Shown here: positions 1 to 14,500 of the stretch, piece after piece
Layout of the letters: each line of letters begins with the position of its first letter
Position numbering within the stretch: the stretch's first letter is position 1
Translations under genes and position numbers: made by a program
From: Chrysomallon squamiferum
Taxonomy: Eukaryota; Animalia; Mollusca
Assembly (NCBI GenBank): GCA_012295275.1
Contig: CM022679.1
Coordinates: forward strand, 2,356,001 to 2,420,000
Length of the DNA: 64,000 nt
Direction: 5' to 3'
Notes under the pieces: generated by a model
The model's database searches: none
Told to the model about the DNA's origin: nothing
What the model saw: the letters and a program-made list of their open reading frames with translations, nothing else

Positions 1-37
1 AGTAATAATGGATTGCACAGTACTTTAAAAGAAAACA

Positions 38-235
38 AGAAACCAACAGGAATGATTTTAAATTGACCCATATATATGTAAGTAGTAATGAATTGCAGTT
101 TGTGAAACTACTTATTCAGTGAGACTTCTAAATATTAAAATGAGAAACCAAGTGGAATGATTTATTTAAATTTACATATATGTAAGTAACAATGAACTGC
201 AGTTGACTAAATTGCTAACTCACTGATGCTACTTT
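38..235. repeat. Degenerate tandem duplication, about 105-bp unit
   Basis: gaaacca..ggaatgattt..catatat..gtaagta..aatgaa.tgcagtt occurs twice. Confidence 0.6.
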
Positions 236-2523
236 AGGCTACTATGTATCTTTACTGACTTCAAAACATGTGAGTGACCTTTCTAGCCAATCCCACAAAC
301 ATAAAAATGTATTTAACCTGGGCAGGTCCCAGAATTTAACTAGGATGCTTTGCCCATTACCATTTCCTGTCACCGACTGAAACCTGTCAGCAGTTATATC
401 CATTCAGGCATTTTTTTACTGTTTTCTGTTGAAACTGTCCTAACAGTGACCCATACCTATTAAAACTTTTACTTTTTCCTTCTTGTGGTTGTAGAAACAT
501 GGAGCTAAAACTGATATTTTGTTGGCCTTTTAGAAATAATGTGATGTTTATACCATTAATAATAAAAATTTAAAAGCTATAGGCTATATCAAAACAATAA
601 CATGTAATTATTTATTATGAAGTTTGGGGGTTTTTTTTTTAATCATCAAAATGTTGTTTTTTTACATTTCTTTGTAAGATAAGAAGTAATGAATACTTTA
701 GAAAAAATTGAAAATTAATAATTTCTCACACTTTATTATTAACAAAGGCTGGTATCAGATAACAGGTATGATGTGTTTGACAGAATCATTGTTTTACCTG
801 CAGTTTGATATTTTTCTTTTTTTCATTAATACGTTATAACAATCATTGGTCCTGTTATTGCCTTTACATTTTATTTGGATCATTGCCAAAAAGAAAATTT
901 AAGCTTTTGGGTTGATTTTTTTTCAAAATAGTTCGGGATTAGAATAAATAATAAAACGTTTAAGAATCAAACTAAATAAAAAACATCCCAAAGATAAAAA
1001 AATAACTGACAACAGATTGTAATACAGTGAAAGATTTAAACTTTTTTCTTTACCTTTTATTCTTTTTTATTTAACAGATTACTTGAAAATAACATGAACT
1101 GGATTTTATCAAAGTCTGTGATATCCAGTAATTGGAACAATCTAACATACATTTATTTTAGTGCTGTTCATGGCTTTTATATCTCAAATAATATTCAAAA
1201 ATTAATATCTAGACAATTTAAAAAAAAAATCCTCTACTTTGCAGACACATACTTAATCATCACCTGTCAACTTAAAAAAAACAGGAACATCAATTTTGGG
1301 TCGTCATAATTTACTGAGATTGCTAAACTTTAAAGTTTATTTTTTATCATTTTTATGATTTCTGAATTTATCAGAAATTCACAAATGTCACTTTATCAGT
1401 TTATGTATGTTTGGTAGGAGTTGATAACAAATGGGAATTTTAAGACTAACAACATCTTTTCTCTCTTAATCAGTATTTTTCTTTTTAAATAACATTTTTG
1501 AATATGTGCATGAACCCTCAGTCAACTGAAATTATTTTTCAGATAATGTGTTGCTGCCATAGAGCATTACATACTTATTATATGCATGTATGAGTTCATG
1601 TATATCTGTGTGTGTGTGAGATACATTTTTAACAATTACTTTGCCACTGTCTTGAAGTTTATCAAGACATGATTTAAACATATTCTAAAAGTATTGATCT
1701 TGTTGGAGTTTGATTGAAAACATCTGTTGTTAAACAAAATAAGTATCGACCACTTTACCTTGTTCTGTTTATAATGTCTTATAGCTGTAAAACCACATGT
1801 TTATTTCTTTTATATCTACACATTTCATTTCATAGATTTGTCTATGATGAAATATATATAACTTAATGTCTAACAAAAAGAAAAAAAATGTGCAACAGTA
1901 TCATGTCAGTAATAACTATTAAATTGCTAGAATTTATATTGTTTTATTTTTCTTATTTAATTATTTATTTATTTATATTATTTGAAACAATAATAATAAT
2001 AATAATAATAATAAAGATGATGATAATACTACTACTAATAATTATTTTTTTAAAATGTTGTTGAATATAACTTTAATAATCTCATTATTTATTTAATTAT
2101 TTTTAAAATATAAAATAAAACAGCAGGTGTCATTCACAAATCGAAAAAGGTAACTATAAGTTATTTTTAATTCATTATTTTTCAGATCAGGGTGAAGTTT
2201 GAGTTTAAAGAAAAAGGAAATAGAAATACTGATTTCTTATATTAGTTACATGTTTATTTATAAAGTATTTAATTTTTCCTTTTACAACTTAATAACTAGC
2301 ATCTGGGCTATCAGAGCTGAACAATAAAATTATTTGTCTGAAAATATTTCTAACCTGTAACCAAAGTAAATCCTTTATAAAGTTTATTTCTATTTTTTTT
2401 AAATGTGTTTTGAACGTTTAAAACAAATTTAAAAATAAAAATGTTGAGTTTACAAATAAAAGTTCATCTATCCTTGCCAGTCTACAGATCTCAGAACCTA
2501 AATCTTTAACTTTCTTTTTTTGG

Positions 2524-2551
2524 ATTATTATTATTATTATTATTATTATTA

Positions 2552-2597
<46 letters not shown>

Positions 2598-2598
2598 A
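2524..2598. repeat. (TTA)n(TTG)n compound microsatellite
   Basis: Directly visible. Similar TAA/ATT/CAT runs at 3207-3427, 34468-34565, 45898-45963 and 63690-63935, and (AAAAAT)n at 34830-34902. Confidence 0.9.
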
Positions 2599-3153
2599 TT
2601 TTTAGAAAAATTTAAAAAGAAAGAAAAGAAAATCTTTGTTCTGTTTGCTTCCCTAATTTAAAAAAAAAAAAAATCTTTTTTTTTATTAAATATATTATAA
2701 TGTTGTTTTTTTTTTTTTTTTTTAGTGATGTGGAAATAAACTTCATTTTACAGTTATTCTTTTTTTTATCTTTTACTTGTATACATACTAATATCCAGGT
2801 GGTACATTTCCTCCACTTTGAAATAACTTATTGTTTTTTCAGCTTGAGCCTACAGGTATAAATCTAATAGTGTATCTTAATACAGGCCAGGCTGTCAGCA
2901 GGATGGGCTTTATATGACCGCAGGCCCTGATTTAATCACCAGTATTTCATACCTTTATTTTCACACAGTACATATTTCACCCTGGTGATTCCTTCCTGAC
3001 TGCAACATTAAAATGAAGGGTGCTGTGTTAATGGACTAGTTTGTATGAAACTTAGGAAGTTGAGAATACAGAATAAAATGTTTTTATCCATATGTGAATG
3101 TTTTGCAGGTTATTTTATTGTTATTATTATTATTTCTTTGCCTTAACTTCAGC

Positions 3154-3185
<32 letters not shown>

Positions 3186-3220
3186 TCAACTATAATAGTA
3201 ATATATTGTTGTTATTGTTA

Positions 3221-3270
<50 letters not shown>

Positions 3271-3384
3271 GCTTTATATATTGATTTAAATAATGTTTCA
3301 AAAGCCAGGCCTAATTTTATTACTGTAGTATTATTACCACAGTTATTGTTGTTGTTGCTGTTATTGTTATTGGTATTATTATTG

Positions 3385-3415
<31 letters not shown>

Positions 3416-4234
3416 TATTATTATTATTTCTCACTATATTCCCCATGACGAATTAACCAAATTAGGGAATTAATAATTTGAAAATGTGTTACTGGTGCAT
3501 GTGGCCTTGGATATTTAAATGAAGTGTGAGTTGAAGAAATTAGAATTTTATGACATTTTCTCAAAACATGATAACTCCCTGTGGTGATTATTACATTGAT
3601 AATGAAAAACAGTTTTATTTATGAATGATATTTGAAAACAGAATAAACTTTTTATGTCATATTCTCATAAAAAAGCAAAATAATTATTTTAAATGATACT
3701 GTTTATTTGTAATATATCCACTTAATAATAATAATAATAATAATGCATTCCTCTGTTCGAACAAGTTTGTGTTTTTCATTTTGTGGGAATATTCTAATAT
3801 TTTACAGTAAAATAAATGCATTTCTTTTCTTACACTCTTTCTACAAACTGTTACTTGGTAATGATTAATATAATTAAGTTTGTGTGTGTTTGTGTTCATA
3901 TTTCTGTTCTGTCATTAATTTTTCTTTCTTATGAATATTTAACAGTACCTCTGTGTGTATTTACATAAACTAAATATATGTAGATTATAAATTAAGGCTA
4001 GACAGATAATCATCAAATATAAATAAATAAATAAATATGTATTTCACCTATCAGTGAAACCTAACCCTGTTAACTCTTTTTTTATATTTCTAAACATAGC
4101 ACTGGTTTATTTATATTCACATAATAAATATCATTAATGGGTTGTTGTTTTTTTCATTATTTTTAAAAATGGGTTTTTTTAAATTTCTTCATCATGTTTC
4201 AATATGTGTAAAAGTGTGTGTGTATAATAATGAT

Positions 4235-4239
4235 ATCTA

Positions 4240-4270
<31 letters not shown>

Positions 4271-4382
4271 GTGTGTATGTATATGTATATGTATATCTAT
4301 CTATCTATCTATATATATATATACATATATATACATATATACATATATATATATATATACACATATACATACATATACATAT

Positions 4383-4412
<30 letters not shown>
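4235..4412. repeat. Compound microsatellite (TATC)n/(TA)n/(CA)n
   Basis: Directly visible. Confidence 0.9.
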
Positions 4413-4413
<1 letters not shown>

Positions 4414-5594
4414 GACCAGTGGCTGACTGCTTGCAGGAAAGGCAAATAAGACCAAATATTGAACAGGTGTCTAAAAAGGACTGATCCCATGACCCTACAC
4501 TCCTTAGGCAATTCTTATAAATGATACAGGGATAAACATGTATGTTATGTGTACTCTGATGCTGACAGAAATTGATTTAAAAATTTACCGTGAACTTGTG
4601 TGTTGATTTGTAACAGATTGTCTGGATGATAAAACTCAGGTGTGTTTGTATTATTTGTGTCTGCAGAATAAATAATAATTTTCTTCCATGTGAAGTACAT
4701 TATTTCTTCTGTATTTCTGTGCTAAATTTCCATCACAAAATACTCATTCTCTTTTAATATATATTTTGTCTAAGAAAACAGAAAAGAAATATAATAATTT
4801 TGAATTTGTTTATTCATTGTTCTTCACTGTTTCAATTTACACCATTCAAACTGCATAAATATTATTGACAAATGAAGTTGGAGATCCTTTATATTTCTTT
4901 AATAAATACACAATTACTTTTTTAGTCTGTATTTAAATGTTGATTAATTAATACAATAAGTAATAATAGTAGACTATAAGTAGTAGTAGTAGCAGTAGTG
5001 ACTGTGGTGGTAATAGTAATAAAGTGGTAGTAATAGTAGTAATTAGATGATGATTATGATGATGATGATGATGGAAATAATAATAAAAATAAATCTCTAT
5101 CTTTAGAACTGAAACATCTATAATGTTGTTACAGAACACCTACTTGTATTTTTTTTTTGTGTTAAATATGTAGTCAGTTAATAATTTAACTGAATACAAA
5201 TATTGACAACATTTTAGTCAACAATAAAATCTCAATTAAAAAGAAGTAAAATTAATTATTTTGATTAGGATAGTTTGTCATTGATAATATTTTGAATAAA
5301 TCAAGAACCATTATGTGTAAGTAAAATGAACATAAAGAAATTTGTTCTTCTTCAAAACTACCTCAAAGATGTCTAGCTCAAGTACAAAGAAAAGAACTGA
5401 GTTGTACTATACATATGTGAAAACGGAGGTATTAAGGAAACTAGAATAACTGTATTGTGATGCCTGCAGGGTGTAATATTTTATTGTTTTGTCTGTGACT
5501 TGGGGCAGTAGTTTTGTCATTGATGACTCATTACTGAAAATAAGTGGGACGTAGACCAGTAGTAAATAATGAATCTGTTGATTTGTGCAAACTA

Positions 5595-5820
5595 GTAAAT
5601 CTTAAATCTGGGTGTAGTAAATTTTAAATAAGTCACCATATACAGTAAATTAAATAACTTATCACATGTTGAAAGTCTCAAATCAGTCACATTGTCTGTA
5701 GTAATTATTAAATCAGTCACATGGTAAATAGTAAATATTAAAGCAGTCACATTGTGTGTAGTAACTATTAAATCAGTCACCCAGCAGTATATATTCAAAA
5801 TGAAATTGGTCACCATTTGA
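5595..5820. repeat. Degenerate 30-bp minisatellite (gtagtaaatattaaatcagtcacattgt..)
   Basis: About 7 copies visible, 30-bp spacing of 'agtcac'. Confidence 0.8.
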
Positions 5821-7501
5821 TCTAGAATGTGCAGTAAAAAAAGCCTGTTTATGAACATTCCCAGCCAATGATTCATGGCTGTTGCATCAAAAGCTGTGGT
5901 TTGTGCTGTTCTGAATATAAATTATTTCTTACTCATTTACTTGTGAAGGGAAATCATGTAGCAGGTTTCATTTGAAGATAAGTCTGACTTACTAATTAAC
6001 TTCCTACCACTGGATAAATCAGTTTTTGTATGTTAAAACATATTTCATGTTCCAACCTGGGTTCCATAGTATCTGCTTTCCTGTCAGTTGGTAAATGTAA
6101 GTAAATAATTAGTAATCTGTAAGAGTAACCCCTTGATATGGTGAGTTACAAGTATCATGTGATTATCATAAGTATAATACAGTTATATTGTTCCAAATGA
6201 AACCTGTCTGACATCTAATAATTATTAATGTTAAAATGTGTTCAAGTTCTGCTAAAACAAGAATTAAGAGTTCATACAACAGTTTTGTCAGTGATGAGTC
6301 ACTATGGAAACCTGTAGGACAGCAGGGTATCCGTCAGTCAGAGGCTCATCAATCCTGTTGTGACTCAGTGAAAACACAGGTTACATTTGTTTGAATTGTG
6401 TACCAGCACTTTTTACATATTTTTTTAATTTGTTGTTAGTCAGGTCTCTTGACAGATATCCACCAACACCAGACAAACAGAAATGTGACTGTGTTTGACA
6501 TTCAGTACAACCAGCATAGTGTATAGTCTACATTTTACAAGAATATTCAGCATAAATAAAACAAATAACAAATAAATCTAACTGTTATATGTGTTTCACT
6601 ATTAGCATAAACAAAATAGATTAAAAAAAGCAACAACAAATAAATGTGTATGTTTTACATGTGTTTTATCATAAACAAAAAAACCACCAATGTCTGTTTT
6701 ACAAGTGTGTCCTGTAAACCAAACAGATAAACATATACCTGTCCATGTTACACTATTTACACTGAATAGTAATACAACAGTGAATATCACCCATTAGTGT
6801 AATAAGTGTAATAAACCTGTTTAATTGTCAATCATCTAAACACTATTATTTAACTGAGTAAAACCATGTTGTGTATCCATTCTTTTACTCCTGACTAACT
6901 ACTTGATTACCTGTGTTATGTAAAAACAGTTCATAAATATTTATGTGCCTGGTGTCCTCTAAGATCTAATGATGTACACTGTGTCAGTATTGTTTGTTCA
7001 GTGATGTTTTGTTGTTGAATTTTAGGATTTTGTTTGTTACATGATACTACTGTTAAATAAGTGGGCAAGATTTTTGTAATTAGTCAGGGTTTTTTAATGA
7101 TGAATAAATCATCATAAGTAATGGGTGTATGTACCTGTAGGTGTATGTCTATCTGTGTGTTTTAACAGTAACAGAGTTTCTCAAAATGTTTGATCATGAC
7201 CAATTTTGAAAATATATCTTATAAAAACAACAAGAGACACACACCCCTTTCATTTGTCAGCAGATAACAATGTTTTTAATACCAGTTTGGTCAATGATTG
7301 AGTGAATGTTGACATCTGGCATATCTTTAGATGTCATGTTTGGAACGGGCAATAACCCATCAAAATTGACTGATCCTTATCCTGTTACATCATGCTGCCA
7401 GATCCTTTGTTTAAATAATAAAATGCATCATTGTTGTGAAAGTGTTGTTATGTTTGGTTGAACTTTGTCAGTAAAATAAGTTTTTGTTGTTGTTATTGTT
7501 G

Positions 7502-7536
<35 letters not shown>

Positions 7537-10500
7537 GTTAGGAAATCCAATAATGGTTACGTATTACCCAAATTCCTAGTAAACTCTCTTTTACATCCAT
7601 TTTACCAGAGACTGTGAAGCACACAATATGACCTTTAATTTGCTCTAGCAGTGGTTGGAATTGTAAATGTCACACAGAGTAGATAGGGGTAGACTGATTC
7701 TGCAACTTCAGGTTGTAGCAAAGATGAATCAAATATCTGATTAAGAGAGTAATTTGTGTAAGTTAATTTAGATGTCTTAGTACCTTATAATCTTATTAGT
7801 TACTTGGAAAGGAAAGTGGCACTCCAATTAGATGTATTTTCAAGTCTCAGAATTTATGGACATCACCATGGTAATTAGGTTCTGTAAATTTTCCTGTTTG
7901 ACAGAATACAGTTTCCAGGCCATGGGACAGACAAATGTAAAACCCATTCTATAATCATTTTCTTTCTTTTTTTCCTAGACCATGTCTACCTAAAGAATTT
8001 TCTTTTAAATGTTTTTTTTTGTTTTTTTTCTCATTTTTTTCTCATTTTTCTTTGGAAGATAGCCAGTACAGTGGATGACATGTTCCCCATATATCATTGG
8101 AAAAAGATAAAATCTTGTTTTCTGATTTCACATAAACCAGTATATTGAGATGGGAAAATAAATATTCAGATTGCCTAGTAATACATATTATAAAACTGAT
8201 TTATTTTTGACAATTTTCACTGTTGATTAAGCAGTGAGACAAGCAAGAATAATGATTGAATTATATTTGTTTTAATGACCTTTCTGTAATCTTCGCAGTT
8301 ACCATTAATTTCAATTTTTTTATGATTGTCATAATATGACCCATCTTAGTAATGCTCTTATAAAATAGAATATTAAAAAACCCCACACAAAAACAACAAA
8401 AAAATCCCAAAACAAACAAAACAAAAACAACTTTATTTCCATTGTTTGTTCTTATTTATAAACTGCAAGAAATCTTCATAAATTATCATCTTCAAGCTTG
8501 CCTTTTCAGTAAATATGTGTGCTCTTATCAGAGTCTGTAAGCACTGACAGAAATTGGAAAGAGTTGAATGAACATGGACAGTAATCATGCACACTTTGAT
8601 CTCCTGGCTGGGAACTTCCCTGTTGCCTTCAGCACTCAGTTAATTGAATATGGTATGCTGCATTAAGTCCAGTACTTAATCACAAAATGTTGCTTAGTTA
8701 AAATAAGCTAGTTCTCTTATCACCACACTTCCACTGAGGTGCTGTGCTGGGTCTCAGGATCAATGCTACTTACAGCTCAGTTTGGGCTTTTTTCTGTTCA
8801 TTTTAATGTTGAAAGGTTTTTGTTTTTTGTTTTCTAGTATGACAGTGTGTAAAAGATATGTTGCCCCTAGTCCATGCTGTTGTGGCAGCCCGTTTTTTTA
8901 TTTCATATGATCTTTGCTGTAAAACCCATATGTCATGCCCCTATAAACAGCTGAAATGAACTGAGATGTTACTGAAGAAATGTAAATTCTTACAGATTTG
9001 ATTATTAAGCGTCTTTTCAAAATGCAAAAAAAGTAAAATTCAGAAGTAATTCTAATTCTATTGTGTTTTGTTTTGTTTTGTTTTATTTTGAGCCAAGTAG
9101 TTTACAAACAAAATGTTTTTTTTTTTTAATGTTTTATTAATTTACTAAACTGGAATGTCTCATGTTGCTATTTATCTTATTTATGGTTTTTTTTTTTATA
9201 TATATATACACAATGTAAAAAAAATTAAACATTATGACACTGTATCTTTAAAAATAAAATTTTTTAAATTTAAATATTAAAATGTGTTTTAAACTTAGTA
9301 ACAAATTGCATCGAAAAAAATTATTTGGATTATATTTGTTTTTGTATAAATATTTGAATTAGTTTTTAAATCATGTTAATGTGTCTGACAGAAAAACCAG
9401 TGATTCTAGAAAGACACATTTAGCGACATTTTGCTGAACTGTTATTTAAAAAGTTCATCACTGCTGTAATTTGCCTCAAGTAGTATTTTATTATCGTATT
9501 TGGATGCATTTGCCTGAGAGCCGCTTGCTGAAGAGAAATTAATTCAAGGAAACGTCTTCACTTGAAGAAAGCCAATGATTTTGATGACCAATGTGTTTCC
9601 TTAAGATATTTGGCTATCACCCTCAGGCTTGCCTTTTCAGTGAATTGCAAGTAGGGAGCGTGGCGGCATTCATTCGCTGTCTTTTTAACATGATGGCTTT
9701 TATTGAGCTCATTGCTAAAACTTGTTTGCTTAAACTGATTTCCATCGATTTCTGGTTCCACTGGAGGCTAAACATTTGATGTACATGTATGTCGTTTTCT
9801 TCTTACTGATCAACACTTACTTAGTCTGCCAGGCCTAATTGCTTGTGTTCACCAGTTTTAATTTCCTTTTCTGTGTCGTCAACAGTTTCTGTGTCTGCAA
9901 TCTTGTTACTGTTTTTTTCACATCTTAATTGAGATATTTATTTGCAGTAATCAGTATAATAATAGTAGAAAAAAAAAAATAATAAGAATCACAATAATTA
10001 AAATAAAAATGAAAATAATATTAATAAAAACAACCAGAATAATAATAATCAGTAACAACAGTAATAACAATAATAATAATAATAATAATAATACCAGTAA
10101 TCTAAACTGAAAAGAATATCTGTTCCTTCTTTTTATTTTTTCTCTAAACAAAACCCTAATTTATCAAACATGCTGATAAACCACACAGATCTAGACACAT
10201 GACAAACGTTACACATAATTAATTTCCTTTCTCCATTTCTGTCTCTCCTATTTTTTCCTAATACTGTCTTCAATCATTCTGTCCATTTTCTGTCTCATAT
10301 ATATACCCAGTAATTTAAATTAAATTGAATATACCTAGTATGTCATCATTATTACTACTTTCAAAGACATCTGTGTGTTAAGATTTAACCACACATTACT
10401 CTGTAATAACAGTGACAGCTTGCTCTTAACACTCAACATTAAGAGGATTTTCATTTGTTCGTTTGTTCTCATCCACCAAGAATTTTCATCCTTGGCATGC

Positions 10501-11546
10501 TAGCTTGAGCAAGAAGAAACAAAATCAATAGCTGAGAAAATCTTGATCATCTCAATGTCGAACAAAGTTTTCATTTAATTACTCAAAATGTTGTTAAATT
10601 TTTTTTATCACTCATTACTAGAGAGAGAAGAGATGATTGTCTGGCGGCTGTGTTGTTGATGATTATGTAATTCTGTCAAATGTAGTTTGTTTGTACTAGA
10701 TGTTAGACAGCTAGAGATCCATGTGAAATTTTGCATTGATTTCACAAGCTTTAGCTAACCTCGAGAAACAAAAGTACATTTTTTTTTTTTCAAACCTAAA
10801 ATTATAACTGGTTTATAAATGTAATAAAAATGAATAAACCGTAAAAAATAGAAATAAATAATAATAATAAATAAATCAAATTAAAAAAAAAAAAAACTTA
10901 CAGAAAGATTTGTATTTAAAAACTGATTAGTGATTTGGTTATAAATTATATATAAATAATAAAACTGTTTAATTCTCTTTTTGCTGCTCATTTGTTTATA
11001 TGGAGTTATTAATTTTTAAGTTTTTACTTTTAAGTTTATAGATGAAACCACCATTTTATCATGTTTATGTTCATTCAAGGGTGCTTTACAGTGTAAACTA
11101 ATAAAATATAAAAAGATACTGACATAGACAGATTAAAATAAATATAAACAATGGTGAACATGTTAAAATGGTGATAATTATTTAAAATATTTCATCTTCA
11201 TCTGTTTAATCATTTTATTTAATTCTTTTCATTTTATCATCTTAATACACATTTGTATTCTGCACCGTTTATCTGAAATGATTGTATATTTCATATACAC
11301 ATAGTTTGCAGATTATTCTTTTATGTAATGTTTTTGAATTACTTTTATGCATGAAATAAAGTGAATATAAACTAAACTATCCAGCCCCTCTAAGCTATCA
11401 CTGTCACCATAGTAAAAACAAAACAGTCATGGAATTTCAATTTTGGATAAGCTTTGCTCAGTTTGTAATTATTTGTAAACACATGTAAAAAATATGCATA
11501 TTTTCAGAGTATGATTGCCTTGACATTGTATTTTTATCTCTTTCAG

Positions 11547-14500
11547 GGTCCACAACACTGGAAGGGCTGGCTTCACATCAAAGAAGGTAGGATTTTTATA
11601 AAACAAAGATGATCCCAGCAGATTATTCAAGGCTTGACTGCTATTACTCCTAGACACATTTTGGATATGTTTGTCTTTGTGCATTTGTCTGTGTGTACAT
11701 TGTAACTCTCTGACTACAACACTTGTATGGATATGTGGTTCAGTTCTTTTCAGTGCATTCATTGAGATATATTCCAGTCCAGCCTCTTGACTGGTGTATC
11801 AGAGTCTGTCATATAATATAGATAATTGTTCAGTTCCTCAGAATTAGCAAACATTACACAACCTAAAGCTATCACAAATATTAGTTAACATTCTTCAGTT
11901 GCATTATTAAACAAACTTTAGCAACATTTGGTATCTTCAAACTTAGGTTGGATTAATGCTTCAATTTTTAAAACATATATTCAAATAACATATATTAGTG
12001 TCTGCTTAAACATTCTTACACATATTTTTCTTCTTCACATATACATATATAAACTAACATTAAATAATCTGCCATTAAAAATTGTCAGTTGGATATAAGA
12101 TACTCAAAGCATTTTGTATCTTTCCATATTTGTTTTCTTGTGTATAATTATATTATTTTTTTGTTTTCAGTATCTGGCTGTAAATGTGCTGCACATGAAA
12201 TCTGCATTGCTGGACCAGCCACAAGTTCCAAACCTATCTGTGTAAATAAACACTTTCTTCATGAAGGGTAAATACCAGCCAACTTGTATTTCTTATAATA
12301 TATAGGGTTATGGTACATACCAGCAGATGCATATCTGCTACAATATACAGGGTAAACACTAGTTGACATTAAAATATACAGGGGTAGGTAAAAACTAGCT
12401 GACACTTATGTTACAATATGCAGGGATAGGGAAAGTACTAGTTGACATAATATGAATGTCAGATAAAATCCTAAGAATATCAGATAAAATAATAAGAATG
12501 TCAGATAAAATAATGAGAATGTCAGATAAAATAATAAGAATGTCAGATAAAATAATGATAATGTCAGATTAAATAATAAGAATGTCAGATAAAATAATGA
12601 TAATGTCAGATTAAATAATAAGAATGTCAGATGAAAGAAATAATAAAAATTTCAGATAAAATAATAGGAATGTCAGATAAGCAATAAGAATATTAGTTAC
12701 AATGATAAGAATTTCATATAAAATAATTAGAATTTAAGATAAACTAAGAATGTCTGATAAAATTATAAGAAATTCAGATAAAATAAGAATGTCTGATAAA
12801 ATAATGAGAAATTGAGATAAAATAATAAGAATGTCAGATAAAATCATATACAAAAATAATCTGGACTGCTACTGTAATGACTTGTAAGTGTTTTCAGTAT
12901 GTATTCACATCACTCCTTTTACTACTTACATTAATAACTAATTTACATCACAGCTGCAACATAATCATAAAACACTGACCAATCTGGCTATCAGCATGCC
13001 TCTCAGGCTATTTTCCCAATCTGGCTATAGCTCCTGCTGTTTTTACAAGATACTGTCTATGAAATATTTATCTCTGATAATCAGGTTAGCCCACTGAGTA
13101 ATGGTAGCAGATGTTGTCACCAGCATAACACAGAAATTGTAATAATGATGTTGTATAATATACACCAGAATGTCTGAAGGCCATTTTCCTTCATTCTACA
13201 TTAAAACTCAGAAATATAATAAATATTTAATTTTTAAAATTACAATTTGCTTAGTAAAGTAGGTGTATGTTTATGATTATTTGTCTGCTTTTTTATATAC
13301 TCCCTGACAGAAACACAGACTCATGAACATTCAACACACCCACACACACAGCTATCTGCCAGTCTTCATAACATGTATAAAATTTGTACTTTCCAGACAG
13401 AAACTGTTTCGTCAGTTTCACAAACACAAAATAGAGGAGGAAAAATATCTGAGAGGGAAACGACCACTGCCACATGAACGTCCTCTCCATGACTCACCAG
13501 AACACATTGGAGTTCCACACAACCTGCGTATCAGAGTCCATGCAAAACACAACTTTCAGAATGATGTCAAACCAAAGGTAGCATAACTTAATTTGTTAGT
13601 TAATACATGAAAAGCATAACATTTTTAATGTAAAATCTTTGTACAAATTTCACAAAAAAAAAAAAAAAAATTTATATAAAATAAATTATAAAAAAAAAAA
13701 AATCTGCTTGCTATTAGACATTCAAATAAAAAAGAAATTAAAAAAATAGTAATAATTATAATAATTAAATTTATTAATAATAAAAATTTGATTTCATAAC
13801 CTGACTAAAACCCCTTTATGAGTGTGCATCACAATCTCCTAGCAGCCTTTGTCATCAAAATAAATTAATAAAATTAAATATACATCTACAGTTCAATAAC
13901 TGACTTGATATATTTCCGTCATATTTTAAGAATGAATTACAGCAGATTTGAATTGTGCTGTACATTGTATAAAGAATAAATGCAAAATTTCAGTAACATT
14001 TTATATATTTTATATATATAGTTTGTTTTATTTTTTCTATGATTTTTTAGGATGAAATTGCCAGCTCATGGAGATACCACAGTTCACTGAAGAAGCATCA
14101 TCCTAAAAGTAAGTGTTTTTATTACCTGAACAGCTTAATTAATCCTGCTTGTTGTTAAAGATTCCAACAGAGATTGTGGAGTGTTCCTTCAGATTACATA
14201 AATTCTTCATAAAAGAAGTATCAAATTTTTTTATTTCAGGAAAACAAATATTACATGGTTGTTTTTTTGGGGGGGTTTAAGGCACAAGTTATTAAATGTC
14301 TTTGTTGATAGAAACAGTATTTAAAGTTTTTGTTTAAGGAATCAGATTTCACATGTCTTTGTTGATGAAAGTGGCACAAGATTTTTTTTTTTTTTAAGGA
14401 GCCAAATATTAAATATCTTTGTTTGATTAAAAACTGTCAGAAGTTTTTATTTAAGGAATCCAATATTACATGACTTTGTTGATAAAAGCAGTTTGAAAAG

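Noticed and set aside
3186-5139. ORFs with poly-N/D/I/H/Y runs (3186-3446, 4142-4511, 4948-5139)
   Set aside because: Translations of microsatellites; no splice or homology support.
1-11546. Search for the testican signal-peptide exon, tRNA/rRNA, U12-type introns, and selenocysteine or read-through signals
   Set aside because: None recognised. Isolated AG/GT pairs (e.g. 2843-2855) gave no credible coding exon; all assembled introns in the window are GT-AG.
13397-13401. Alternative acceptor at 13400 (ccagACAG)
   Set aside because: A 4-nt shift breaks the frame; 13397 keeps the ORF.
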